A stretch of DNA of 64,000 nt from Amphiscolops sp. MND2022 (taxonomy: Eukaryota), in NCBI GenBank assembly GCA_964187785.1, contig OZ076409.1, forward strand, positions 35,032,001 to 35,096,000. The letters run 5' to 3'. The position numbers and the translations under genes are program-made. Positions within the stretch are counted from its first letter, which is position 1, and every line of letters starts with the position of its first letter. Positions 24,201 through 37,067 of this stretch are shown here, piece by piece. Under the pieces are notes generated by a model. The model worked only from the letters and a program-made list of their open reading frames with translations. It was not told where the DNA came from and did no database searches.

Positions 24201-26185
24201 CAGGGTTCCCAAGTAATTGGGTTGATGATATTTGGGTTTGGGTTGCAGATACACTATTTGGACATTTGGGGTACAGCCACTATTTGGTTGAGTATTTGGG
24301 TGGTTCGCGGTATTTGGGGGGTGAAACTGGGTTCCAGAAAAAATTTTAGCGGACCGAATCCAACAATCATGAAATTCTCAAAAGCATGGAAGCATACAGG
24401 AATGTGTAACCAACAATGAGATGTTTTTCTACCATGATTTCATTGAGAAAAGTTAATATTAAAATAAATTAAATTGTGCTCAACTTTATAAATTGAAGCA
24501 AACTAAAAACGAGCACAAGAACACAAAACTATATGCGTCTAAGAGCAACACGATGGACGTCGGAACCCATATCAGTGGTGAACAAAGCAACGTTTGACAA
24601 ACTCGGGGCAGGGACGTTTCGTCACCAGCCATTTGGGCGACAAAAAATTCAACCCATTTCGGCGACATTAATGTCGCCCAAATGTCCCATAGACTAAATG
24701 GCCAAATATGTTCACATACCTTTAGTGCCATAAGTTCAGGAGCGAAGCGAAGCAGAGCGACGAGCCATAAGGCCATGCCTCAATGTTGCTACTTGGCGAA
24801 GGGAGCGAAGCGACCGAGCCATACAACAAATATGCTAACCCCTTCAAATATATCAGTTAATTGATCAATTTGATCAACCCAATTGGTCGACACTTTTGTT
24901 GCCCATGTGACCGACGCCATATTGTTGCCCAAATGGCTGGTGAAGAAATGTCCCTGACCCGACAAACTCATATCAAAAAACGTTAGACGTTGCGTTAGGA
25001 GATCTGAAATTTCTGCAGCGCCACAAAAAATAGCGCAAAGAACTAAGCCAAGACATATCTTTTGACTGCGAAAATACAAGTTCGCTCCAATATACTTGAT
25101 GTTTCCATCAGCCTTCCATTTGTTAAAGCTCATCCAAAGAAACTCGTCAGACTTCCTCTATTTCAGAATGGTTTTGATGGTATGAGTTAGGGTATAATAC
25201 TGCCGTTGTAGTTCGTCGCGAATTGAGCCGCGATTGATGGTGCCAAAACCCATTCTCCGAAACCACATTACATTTGAAGCGTTTTCGAGTTTGCGAGTGT
25301 GTTACTGGTGCTTTGATTTTCGTAAACAAGACGTCCGACTTCTTCTATTCCTTTCTGCTTAACGGAAACTGCCAGATTTGGAACTTGGGGCATCTGATTG
25401 CTACCTTGTTTGCCTTTTCCACTCTGCCGATGCTTGCAAGCATTCCAATGAGTCCGCCTTGAACTCGTTCCATAGTTCATACTGATTACTATCTGAGAGC
25501 ACTTAGTGCACATGCGGTTATCAGTCTTTCTACCATTAACAATTTCGAAGAAAAATTTGGAATGAATCTCGTTGTTGGATCGAATTATCTTCCGTTCACT
25601 ACCTTCCAATTTTTTCGGTGCTACAGGATTCTCCAAAACACCCTCGTCTCCTTCATCAGTCTTATAACCGACAGCAGCAACGACAATCTCTCTAACATCT
25701 GAATTCTCATCAGCCATCTGAAGATAGACGCAAAATTCGGCACTATATCACCAATATATTTTAACGTACTGACTACAATCATCAAAGACAAATCATCAAT
25801 CATAGATTTTGCCTCCTAGCACTATGCGCTTTAGACGTTACAACAAGCAGATAGTCAAAATCAACTCAAATAAAATTAAAATAAACGCTAAAATACCTAT
25901 TTTCCAACCTCACAAGTATCGAGGAAAAAAGATTGAAAATCCAGGAAATATTGCAAAAGGTTTGCAGAATTTCTTTACATCAGTCAATTCGGTAATTGGG
26001 TGTGGTGGTCAGTATTTGGGGGTAAATTCGACAAATTGGGTTGTTTGGCTGGGTGAGCTTGGTAATTGGATTGGGTATTCGGAGTCCATTTACTATTTGG
26101 GTTTTGTTTGTGTAATTGGGTACCACTATTTGTACAATTAATTGGGTTTTACCCTTTTTATTGAGTTTACTATTTGGCAACCCTG
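24201..26185 (-). mobile_element. Internally deleted hAT transposon with 8-bp TSD GTCTCTGG
   Basis: TSD 24193-24200 / 26186-26193; TIRs CAGGGTTCCCAA / TTGGCAACCCTG; BED-finger ORF 25268..25717 (-) CTKC...GTSSRRTHWNAC; TTGGG-rich subterminal repeats. Confidence 0.92.
24605..24960. mobile_element. Mutator-type MITE nested in the hAT, 9-bp TSD GACAAACTC
   Basis: TSD 24596-24604 / 24961-24969; ~40-bp TIRs GGGGCAGGGACGTTTCGTCACCAGCCATTTGGGC / GCCCAAATGGCTGGTGAAGAAATGTCCCTGACCC. Confidence 0.9.
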
Positions 26186-26812
26186 GTCTCTGGATGTGTA
26201 ATGCCTGCCTCGACGACGACGTCTTCAATTCCGAAGCTAAGTAATTTTAAGTAACACTTCTGTAATTACAAATCGAACAGTAAAAAACACCATGAAAAAG
26301 ATTCAAAACACACTTCATGAAATGAAAGCAACTCTAAAGACCCCTTTAAAACTCGGAAGAAATCACGAAGTTCAGAGTGCAATCTCTAGAGAATTTGTTA
26401 TAACTGGTCTTATGGAGGAGAAAGGTGACGCGCACAGCCTTCTCAGCCATTGAGGCAGATAACAACAAACTACAAGATGTTTTGAAATACCTTGATAATT
26501 CCAATTTCAATATCATATCGAAAATACACGAAGACTCGGGCAGTACAAGAAAGAATCAACCCGACCAAGGCCTCTTCTTGTTCGCTTTTCATCAGAGTGG
26601 GACGTAAGAAAATGCTTATCAAGAGCATACAAACTAAAAATTTTTCCATCCATAATCTTCATTTCCAAATACCTCAGTAAGGATGACCAGGCCATTAAAC
26701 GCAAACTTCTTGAAAAACGCTATCAGATGATCAGTGAAGGTGTCTCCCGTGAAGAGCTTCGTATCAGAGGACTGAATCTTTTGAGAAATGGTGATGAGGT
26801 TGAATTCCAGAA

Positions 26813-29655
26813 ATGAGATCAGCTGAAAGCAAGCCTTGTTAACGTGCAAATTCTGATGAGTTTACAACAACGACTGAAATTCCTCAAGTTCTTGAGTTTG
26901 CATTCACACGACGCTCTTTTTTTAACAGAGACGTGGTTGTACAGAAGCATTTTTAACTCAGAAATATTTCCTTTGAGAACCAATTATCGCGTCATTGCTC
27001 GACAAGATCGTGACATTGGAGAACACGGTGGTGTCCTCAATGCTGTGAACAGAACCTTTACTTTGAACTACTCTAAAGTTGAAACCCTCAAGGACTACTC
27101 TGTAGCAATCTCTTTCATAGCTAGAGAAAGCTCCCATTTGTTTTTGTTGATGTACAACCCTCCTTCCGAAGTTCCCTACAGAATCCAAGCACACGACCTC
27201 AGTGGGTGCATTACTACCTGTCATAAACATTTCCAAGACCAACCCACTAATTCGTTCACTCTGTTGGGTGATCTGAATCTTCAAGACGTTTCTTGGGCAG
27301 CTATCACTGCCAAGTCTGTGTATTCTAATGCCTTGCTAGCTGCTGCGGAGAGTCTTAATCTGTGCCCACTTGTGTTTGAATCTACGCATATACCGGGAAA
27401 CACTCTGGATAATATTCTGTCTACCTCTCCGGAACTTTATACAGTGTTCGGAGATGGGAACTTATACTCAGACCATTATCCTGTATTCGCTCTGTTCACT
27501 ATTACATCACCGCTGACTGAACCTAATACGCACGTTATTTCCAGTTTTTCAATGTCTTCTTTCTCAAAAACACATTTCAATGAAAACCTCTCTCCAAATT
27601 TTTACACACTCTTGTTTTGTACCAATTCGGACATGTTGCCAACAACCGTGGAAGAATATTTTGAGCTATGGCACAAAGGAATTTTCGTTGCCTGCGTTCA
27701 ATCCTGCTCCATAAAATCTTCTCGCCGGATGCAGTTTCCCTATTACTGCCCTTCTTATACAATCCACTTGCTGAACAAAATACGTACTGCCGCCAAAATC
27801 AACTACAACCTTGAATATATCTCAAAACTCCGTGAAGATGCCAACCAGTCTATTGAGCTAGACAAGACCATTTTGATCGACAGCTTTTCTCCGCATTCAA
27901 CGCGTACCTGTTTTAAATATCAACGCTCCTTCTCTTCATATTTGTTACCGAACCAAACGCATTGTCATAATTTATCTGCTAATTCGAACAAAACAATAGC
28001 AAATCTCTTCAACTCTTTTTTCTGTTCTATCTATGGAACGAGTCTCTCTACATCGTAGCCTAATCCGCGAAACCCTGAAATCTTTTTGCGTTTTTGCGCA
28101 AGTTCAAAATTAACCTTTATGAAGTTTCCGAACGGTTGTTGAAGGTCTCAACTAGCTGTAGATGCTCCGATCCAACCCCAACCTTTCTCCTCAATCGCTG
28201 CTTAGATATATTAGCTCCATTAGTCACACAACTATTTGAATTGATTATCAAATTCAAAGAGTGGCCAAGTCTCTGGAAGTGTTCAACCATAACACCAATT
28301 TACAAGTCAGATGATCCCGAAAGTATCAAAAACTATCGATCTATCAGTATATTGCCTCAGCTGTCAATTATACTCGAGAAGCTACTCTTTCGCTATATCT
28401 ATTGCCATGTGAGGAAAAAAGTTTGCACCGAACAACACAGTTTCATGAGACAACGGTCAACAGTAACCCAGCTTCTACCGTTTTTAGATGAGCTCTATAA
28501 TCACAAGGACTCAAACATTCCACGCTATGCTGTCTTTTTTGATTTTCGGAAAGCTTTTGATCTTGTCCCTCATCACTTCCTCCTACACAAACTAGCTGAC
28601 TTTGGATTCGATAGTGATTTCGGCGAACATTTCAAATCATATCTCTCCTCAATGTTCCAGCAAGTTTCTGTCAACGGTGTTCTATCACAGTTGTCAAAAG
28701 TAACCTGCTGAGATCCGCAGGAAAGCGTTGTTTGACGCATCATTTTTCATAACGACCTACACGACAATATCACAAAATTGTCATATTACCTGTTCGCTGA
28801 TGATAGCAAATTACTATCTCGATCCATTCCTGACCTAAAACATGACAAAGACATTTTTCAGAATTGGGCCATCGAAAGTATCATGTATTTCAATATTGAT
28901 AAATGCAAAAGTCTCTACTTTGATGGGCGAATAAATGAAGTGCTACTGTCATGTTGGATGGAAATGAAATTCCTTGTGTCAACTGCTTCAAAGACTTGGG
29001 TATTTAATTCCAAAGCTCAATATCATGGAAAGGCCACACTTAGGCGGAGTTAGTGGCAGCTCACAAATCTTTTCGAATTCTGAAACGCACCATCCCTTAT
29101 AATGTCTCAGTCGCAACAAAACTTCTATATTACCGCCTCTGTGTCCATGGTATACTTCTCTATGGCTCCCAAATTTGGTACCCCTCAATTAGTCAAAGGA
29201 GACAACCAAAACTTTTCAACAGAAAATGTTTATAATGGGTCACCGGTCTCTGGGACTACAATCTTCAACTCTCGCGAAAACATACCTTGCCCATATCTTT
29301 GTATCATGTACTTCAGGACTTAGTTTTCCTAAACAAGACTATCAATGGAAAATACGACCTCAACGTTCACAATTTTATATGTTTCAGCTCGAATTTCAAA
29401 AATCGCCGAACTTCGCCTTGCCAGTTGCTAACCCCAGTTTTGAAACGCAACAAGTTCACATCCAGACAATATTGCTTTCAACGTGTCTGCCTATGGTTTA
29501 ATTTCTTATCCGAGAAAAACATTGACAATACTCAATCTTGCGAAAATTTCACGTCCTCTGTAATTGCCTATCTTCATAGTTGCGTGCCCTCTTTCAACTT
29601 GGATCGAAGCTGCTCATGGTTTATTAAATGCTTTTGTAGCATTTGTCGTTTTTAA
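26813..29655 (+). pseudogene. LINE ORF2 endonuclease-reverse transcriptase, frameshifted
   Basis: ORFs 26844..28058, 28094..28711, 28778..29053, 29053..29235 and 29287..29655 form a collinear EN-RT-Cterm. Confidence 0.9.
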
Positions 29656-29792
29656 TTTTTCACGCTTAATGACATCGTTTGAAAAAACCATTCATAACTT
29701 TCTAATATGCTTTTTATCGATGTTACTAAAACCTTTTAGTAGTAGTATGCAAGCAAAATAATGTCAGGTGTAAATTAATCTCTAGCTACTTA

Positions 29793-30208
29793 TTATTTTC
29801 CGACCCACATTTTCAATGGGGAGGAAAATCATCATCTGTGTTGTTGTTATTTTCCGATCCACATTTTCAATCGGGCAGGAAAATCATCATCTGTGTTGCG
29901 TTTTTTTCCAAATTCTGCCAAATCTCCACGCTCCATCACTTGACTCACCACTGTAGGTGGTGAGTCAAGTAACTACAGTGGGAATTAAGACCCACAAGAT
30001 CATTAAGTGGGAATTTGGATAAATGGGATTAAAATCCAAAGGGAATAAGATCTAAAATTTCAGGACATGAATAAGATATAAAGGGAATAAGATCTAAAAT
30101 CACTAAGTTTTAGATCTTATTATTTAGATCCTATTCCCCTCCCAAAAGAGCTATGGCTCAAGTGAAGAAGGCGAAAAGGGAGGAAAATATCCCAGTGCTT
30201 AGCGGGCG
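29793..30208 (+). mobile_element. HINE-like element family 3, inverted copy
   Basis: Reverse-complement match to 17389-17736. Confidence 0.7.
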
Positions 30209-31223
30209 AATATCCCAGTGCTTATGCTCTTGTGATTCCTTATTCGGTGCTAAACAAGCCCGCACAAAAGGGGCGTTATAGAGTTTCTGTATATGCAAGC
30301 TTAAGTTTTTTCTCGAAATTTCACAGACAATTTCGAAAAAGAAAGAAAGACACAGGTTAATTTGAAGCACAAATCACGCCAGTTACTAGCTACTTGGATA
30401 GGAACTGCATTTGATTCTTTTTCCAGATAAATTTTCAATCGACTTTCGAATACATGTAGGCTCACACTTGGATCTCGCATATGTGGCGGTAGTGAGTTCC
30501 ACTTCTATGAAGCACTATGGAAAAATGATGACTGAAAAAATGAAAGAGATGAAAAATTACCCTTTTAGATATCTAGATTGGTACGGGAATGCCATCAATA
30601 TTTTGCCGTAGGTAATTTCAACTGATTTAGAAAAGCTTTTTTCTGATTCTTAATGTACTGAAAGAAGTTAATCAGAGGTTTGAACATAATCAAGGGACGT
30701 ATACTGATTACACTATTGTTTTTTCTCATTCATAAGATGATTTGATATTTGAACGAAACAACATGCTCTTCAAATTCCAATTTATCTGTTCTTCTGGTGA
30801 GAGCAATAAAGAAGAACTAATTTTGAAGAAAAACAGAAGAAAAGAGTCCAAGTGACGCATCACAAGTGCGTGGAAAAGCATATAAAGTACTCTTGTTTAG
30901 AACCTGTGCTGCACAGGTTCAACAGATTTTATACCGACTGCCGTATTTTAGCAGCTTCGGAATACAAGGTGTTTATCAATGGTAACACCTAAGTATTCGC
31001 GATGTTCTGACTTCTTCACAGTGGTAGAGCTTACAGTAACTGTCTCTAAGTCGTTGAGGCGTTTATCATTTTTGATGGAGGTATTGAATTCTGTTTCATT
31101 TGCCTTCAAATTCAGTGTTTTGAGACAAAAGTATTCTTCTAACTAATATAAATTGTCTTATAAAACTTCAAGAGCAACCCCGGATTTTTTATCACTACAA
31201 AGTTTGAACAATTGTCAGCATAT

Positions 31224-34200
31224 TGTAATATATGAGCCGTTTGGCTCATAATGTTGTGGAATACAGAGATCAAACTGCTAGATTACATAACCGTTACTTA
31301 AGACAGAGAGTTGTTTAGATCATTATTTACAAACAAACTCTAATTGATTCTGTCTCATTTATGTTCTGATTACTATATATATATATATATATCATTCATC
31401 TGATATAGATTACGATAGAACGGTTGATAAAATACAAACTCCTCCTACAATGTTTTAACCGAAGTTGAGATCTTAACATGGCGCAGTAAGCAAGATTTTA
31501 TTCTTTTACATTACAAAACACCCTTTCTTAACCGTACCAACAAAATGACCACAGCAACAAAGATACAACTACCGTATCTAGAGGATACTGGCCTCGATGG
31601 AAAGAAAATATATACACCAAGAGAATGGACCGAACGATTCCGGCACTATGTAAAGAGAATCCATAACATCGATATCAAAGAAATATTAACGGATGATACG
31701 GTACCCACCGACGAAAACTGGAACACAAAATAACCAGAAATCAGTCAAGATTTCATTTGGAGCGCCGGACCGTAGGCTATCGAAATTATCACCAAAAGAG
31801 AGTTCAATACAGACCCCGACACGATCAAAACCGAAAAGTTAATACAACTATTCCGGGAACACTACATGCCCAAAAGAAACACCTACCACAGCTGTGGAGA
31901 CTTCTTCTGGGCAAAACAAGAAGAAAACGAAACCCCCGAAGAACACTGGAAAAAACTGGTAACATTGGAAAAAAACTGTGATTTCAAGAACATAAAACAA
32001 GAAGATATTCTTATATCAAAATTTATCACAAGTATAACCGACAAAAAGCTCCGGGAGAAACTTATCCGTGAAAAAACACTAGAATTAAAAACAACCATAG
32101 AACTCCTTACCCAAAACAGCTACGACCGCCGAAATAAAAATCCACCATACCACCCGCTTTGGCGAAAGACAAAGAAATAAAAGAAGAACCTATACAAAGA
32201 ATACAAACAAAACAATTCCGTAACCAACCGAAGAAAAATAACTGCGGACTATGCGGACAGCAAAACTGGACACCACAGCATAATTGCCCGGCAAAAACGA
32301 CAAAATGCAACAATTGCCAGAAAATAGGGCACTACGCACGAGTATGCCGCGGAAAACCGAACAACAAAACAAGAAAAATCAACTATCTGGAAGATATAAC
32401 ATCAGAAGAAGACGACGAAGAAAGTGAACCCGAAGAAATACATCAAATTACACAAATAAACAAAATAATACCGGACAACAACGACCACTACAGTGTAGAA
32501 ATAAAAATAAACGGGAAAAAACAAAAATTCATCACTGACACCGGCTCTCCGGTTACCATCATGCCAAACGATATAACCCTATACAAACCAGAAGACATCC
32601 AACCGCTGAAGGAAAGAGACCAAGACGTAAACAAGAACGAAATAAAATTCCTGGGGAAAGTATGGGTAAATATCGAATACAACAACACACAAACCAACTA
32701 ACCACTCCTGATCACAAAAAGAACTGACATAACACCATTACTAGGTGTAAATTGGCTAAAACAATTACCAATCACTGTCAACGGCATCTCATTGAACAAA
32801 GAAAACAACCAATCAGAAACAGCGATACACACAAAGTTCAAGAAGCTATTTGAAACGAATCATACAATCAAGAATACCGAAGTGAAGATACAAATCACAC
32901 CGGGATGCTACCCAATACAACAGAAAGCACGGCCAATACCCTACCACCTACAAGATGACGTAAAAAACGAACTAGACCGACTAATAAAATCCGGACACTT
33001 GGAAAGATTGAAAACAAACGAAGAAGACTGTTTCGTATCCCCCGTAGTAATTACGGTAAAAAAAAGACAAAACGGTCAAAAATGCACTCGACGCCCGTAA
33101 ACTAAACGAAAATTGTATTAAAAAGAGACCACACATGCCAAACATGGACGAATTAATCAATCAAATCTCCTCCGATATATCAAAGAACGAATCAGAGCCG
33201 ATTTGGATATCAGTAATAGATTTAGACTACGCTTACGGACAAATGAGATTGGCACCGGAAACATGCAAACATTGTAACTTCGCAATTACGGGTGAGAAAA
33301 TTAACGGATACTACCGATTCCTAAAAGGATTTTACGGACCAGCCGACATACCGACAATCTTCCAAGAAAAAATAGACCGAACACTCGACCACCAAACACC
33401 TGTGTGGTTGGACGACATAATTATCGCAACACGCGGTACAAAAGAACAACACACACAAAAACTGGAACCAGTCTTAACGAAACTAGAAAACGAAGGATAC
33501 AAAGCCAGCAAAAAGAAATCAAAATTTTACCAAAAAGAAACATAATGGTTGGGACACACCATATCACAAGACGGAATCAGACCGAACAAAGAAAAAACGA
33601 ACGCCATCAACGAATTGGAACCACCAACAAACACCAAAACACTCAAATCATTTCTCTGTGCGATACAATATTTCGCAAAATTTATACCAAAACTATCCGA
33701 AAAAACCGACAATATGCGGCAAATATTGAAAAAAGGGACAATATGGGAATGGACGGAAGAACGCAATACCGACTTCAAACATTTAAAGAAAGAACTAACG
33801 ACACAGCCATGCCTAGCATACTACAACGGTAACAAAGACAACATCGTCACAACCGACGCAAGCAACACCGGTCTGGGAATAGCCCTATGGCAACGACAAA
33901 ATAACGGCGAACTGAAACCGATCGCATTCGCTAGCAGATACTTAAACGACGCAGAAAAAAAATACTCCGTGGGCGAATTAGAACTATTAGCCGTTGTATG
34001 GGGCCTTGAACGTTTCAGATTCCATTTATATGGAAAACAAGTTCAACTCTTCTCAGACCACCAAGCCCTAGAGCTTTTACAAAAGAAGAACAAGATAAAT
34101 AAACAATACAGCGCACGGCTAACACGATGGCTAGATAGACTAAATCACTTCGACATAACACTAAAATACACTGCCTTAAAAGAAATCTAATTTACCGATT

Positions 34201-36867
34201 TCATCAGCCGAAATCCGACAGAAAACGCTGACCCGGAAGAAAATTACGAAGAAGAATTTGTCATCAACGCCATCGCGCAACTTGCAACAATAAATGAACG
34301 CATTGGACGGATTTTTAACCAATCAGAGAACAGCAACACCACAAAGACGGACAACATGCATGATACGCGCAAGCGGACTGGTACGAGCCACTGCAAAACA
34401 AACAACGGCCATTCAAACTCAACACTCACGGCATACAAGACAATTACGGACAAAAACGAACAATTGACAGACCCAATACAACTTGCCAATTCAGAAAAGA
34501 AAACAATGGCAGATAACAACAATAACCGTCAGAATACGGATAAATTTAACCGCGAAAGCCAATTAAAATACCACTGAGGCGCAGACGACGAGATCATGAG
34601 GATTATCAATAGACGGGATAATTCACCAGAAACCAAAGAACTCGTCGAAAGAAGAATCGAGTTAACAAGACCCGGCCATATGCGCCACCAATGGAACAAA
34701 AAAACTAGACAGAAAAATTCTCCTCCCCAGAAGACCGAACGACGGCGACCGAAAAGAAATAAAAAGAATTGACATCCGCCTACGGAGAAAGGAAGAATGC
34801 CGCGACACACACTTGGGAGGCGGATACTTCAAAGATTTCGGTGACGAAATCCCACCAGCAGCAGGATCAACTACCGAAACCAATCCGGACACGATCAGCA
34901 TACAAAAAGCCACATACGATACCGAATCAACAATTTCTTCATCGCCGGAAGAACCCACCACCACGAAAGGTCCAGGATCTTATCCAGCCATCCCCGTACA
35001 AGACTATCGAGACGGACCGATAGAAGAAATAGCCGTCAGATATGTACGGATAAACCGCGTCATTGAAGAACGAGCCCCGAAAAACCGGCAACAGGAACAC
35101 AATATTCGAGCAGCCGAATTAGATTTCATGCTCGACTTGGAAACCCTTATAAAAGAAACATCACCGGACCCAGACCTGATAGAACTGCAATGCTGCCTGG
35201 AGGACAAAAACATGCTAGCAATCCCCGAAGATTACAAACACGTAGCCAAGAGGCTATAACACCGCTGGTGAATAACAATGGTCGATGATCGCATCATTAT
35301 TCCAAAAAGCTTACGCTACGCTGCACTAAACGCTCTACACTTCGGCCACCCAGGAGTTAACAACATGTGCAACGACGCATTAATCTTCTGGTGGCCAAAC
35401 ATGAGAGCCGATATCGAAAAGAAAGCAAAAACGTGCTCCGCCTGCCTAAATGCCGGTAAGAATTTAAAAACCCAACTACCCAATACCGAAAAATCAAAAA
35501 TTGAACCGCCAAAAAACCCAGGGCAGCAAGTTCAAATCGATTTTCCGGGCAACTTAAATAGTAAACACCTAAACTCATCGCTATTTATCTTAGTGGCCAT
35601 TGATAAAAACAGCCGATAGCCGGTAGCGAAAATCTGCAAGAACACTAATCACGATACAGTTATAACATTCCTACGGGAATATATAAACGTATTCGGTGTA
35701 CCGGAAAAAAATCAAATCAGATAGAGGCAGCGCCTTCATCTCGAAGGAATACAAGAAATTTTGCAACGAACAAAATATAATCCGCAAATACGGTACACCA
35801 AATCTACATACTGGAACGGGATTGGTCGAAAGAACCATCCAATCACTGAAGAACTTAATAAAAGCGATTTTAGAAGATACACAAAATCTACGCGAAAGCC
35901 TAAATAAAGCACTATACGTACTACGCTTTACCACACATACTGAAATGAAAAAAAAACCATTCGAACAACATTTTGGACGGAAACCAAGAACCAAACTATC
36001 TAACTTCAAAAATGCTGTTTCAGTTGACTCCAAAGAACTGTCGGTGTATATTACCCGAAATTCCACCGGCGAGATCACGGACCACCTAGTGATGTCTAAG
36101 AAAAAGAACATTGACCCGAAATACCGGAGGGGAATGACGTTCACCCAAAACAAGAAACCGTCAAATACGGTAAGTTGTGGAAAAAACTACAATTATCCTT
36201 TTACTTTCTATGAAAAAGCACACACAAAAAGTTCTCTCGGTAGCAAATTTGAAAACAAACCACAAACTGCAATCTATGGGACAAAACACACGGTTACTAC
36301 CGACAAAAACAAAACCATACACAGAAAACTAATATCTAACCCGATACCATTTCAGAATACCACGACACCAACGAAGAAGATAAATACGAGACAATCGACC
36401 GAACAACCCTCTTGCTCAAAAACAAACGAAGACGGAACTAAAACTTGCAACTACCGTAGAAAAGAACCACCACGACTGGAAAACACTGAAAACAGCTCTG
36501 ATTGGCTAAAGAGAAAAGAACAGCCAAGAAACCAAAAAGGACAATTCACCAGCCCAGAGAAATCAACGGGAAAACCCATGGATTTGGACCTGAGTATAGT
36601 ATCGGACGATGAATTCCAATGCTACAACACAAGCGAAGGAAAACCCGTACATACTAACCTGGACGATGAATTACAACTCCTACCAAAAGAAACGAACCTA
36701 ACCCCAGAGACAGGTATTAAAACTAAAGATACCACAAATGAACAAAACCAATCCGTGAGAAAATCAAAAAGAATACCTCAAGCCAAACAAACCGAAAAAT
36801 TAGGCGGTTTACCTTATCAAACCAAAAATAATAAAAAGAAAACAAATAAACATTGTAGGCAAAGAAA
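31224..36867 (+). mobile_element. Decayed Ty3/Gypsy LTR retrotransposon (5' LTR ~31224-31478, PBS, gag-PR-RT-RH-IN); 3' end lost in assembly gap
   Basis: TG...AACA followed by PBS TGGCGCAGTAAGCAAGA (resembles the complement of a tRNA-Ser 3' end); CNNCQKIGHYARVC knuckle; FITDTGSP protease; WLDDIII RT; TTDASNTGLG...ELELLAVVWG RNase H; HFGHPG...CSAC and SDRGSAF...GLVER integrase; many stops and frameshifts. Confidence 0.92.
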
Positions 36868-37067
36868 NNNNNNNNNNNNNNNNNNNNNNNNNNNNNNNNN
36901 NNNNNNNNNNNNNNNNNNNNNNNNNNNNNNNNNNNNNNNNNNNNNNNNNNNNNNNNNNNNNNNNNNNNNNNNNNNNNNNNNNNNNNNNNNNNNNNNNNNN
37001 NNNNNNNNNNNNNNNNNNNNNNNNNNNNNNNNNNNNNNNNNNNNNNNNNNNNNNNNNNNNNNNNNNN
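36868..37067. other. Assembly gap (200 N)
   Basis: Run of N. Confidence 1.

Larger units (their letters stand above)
22596..29760 (+). mobile_element. CR1/L2-group LINE, decayed: ORF1 (PHD finger, interrupted by three DNA transposons) and ORF2 (AP endonuclease + RT)
   Basis: ORF2 fragments LFLTETWL, HGGVL, LLGDLN, GNTLDNIL, SDHYPV (EN); NYRSISIL, FDFRKAFDLVPH, LFADDSKL (RT); ORF1 C-part RPRPLLVRFSSEW at ~26560-26600; PHD reconstructed from 22596. Confidence 0.9.

Noticed and set aside
17382..30208. One 12.8-kb transposon with long TIRs capturing the Epac 5' exons
   Set aside because: The arms are complete copies of a short dispersed family with a third member at 22316, and no TSD was seen
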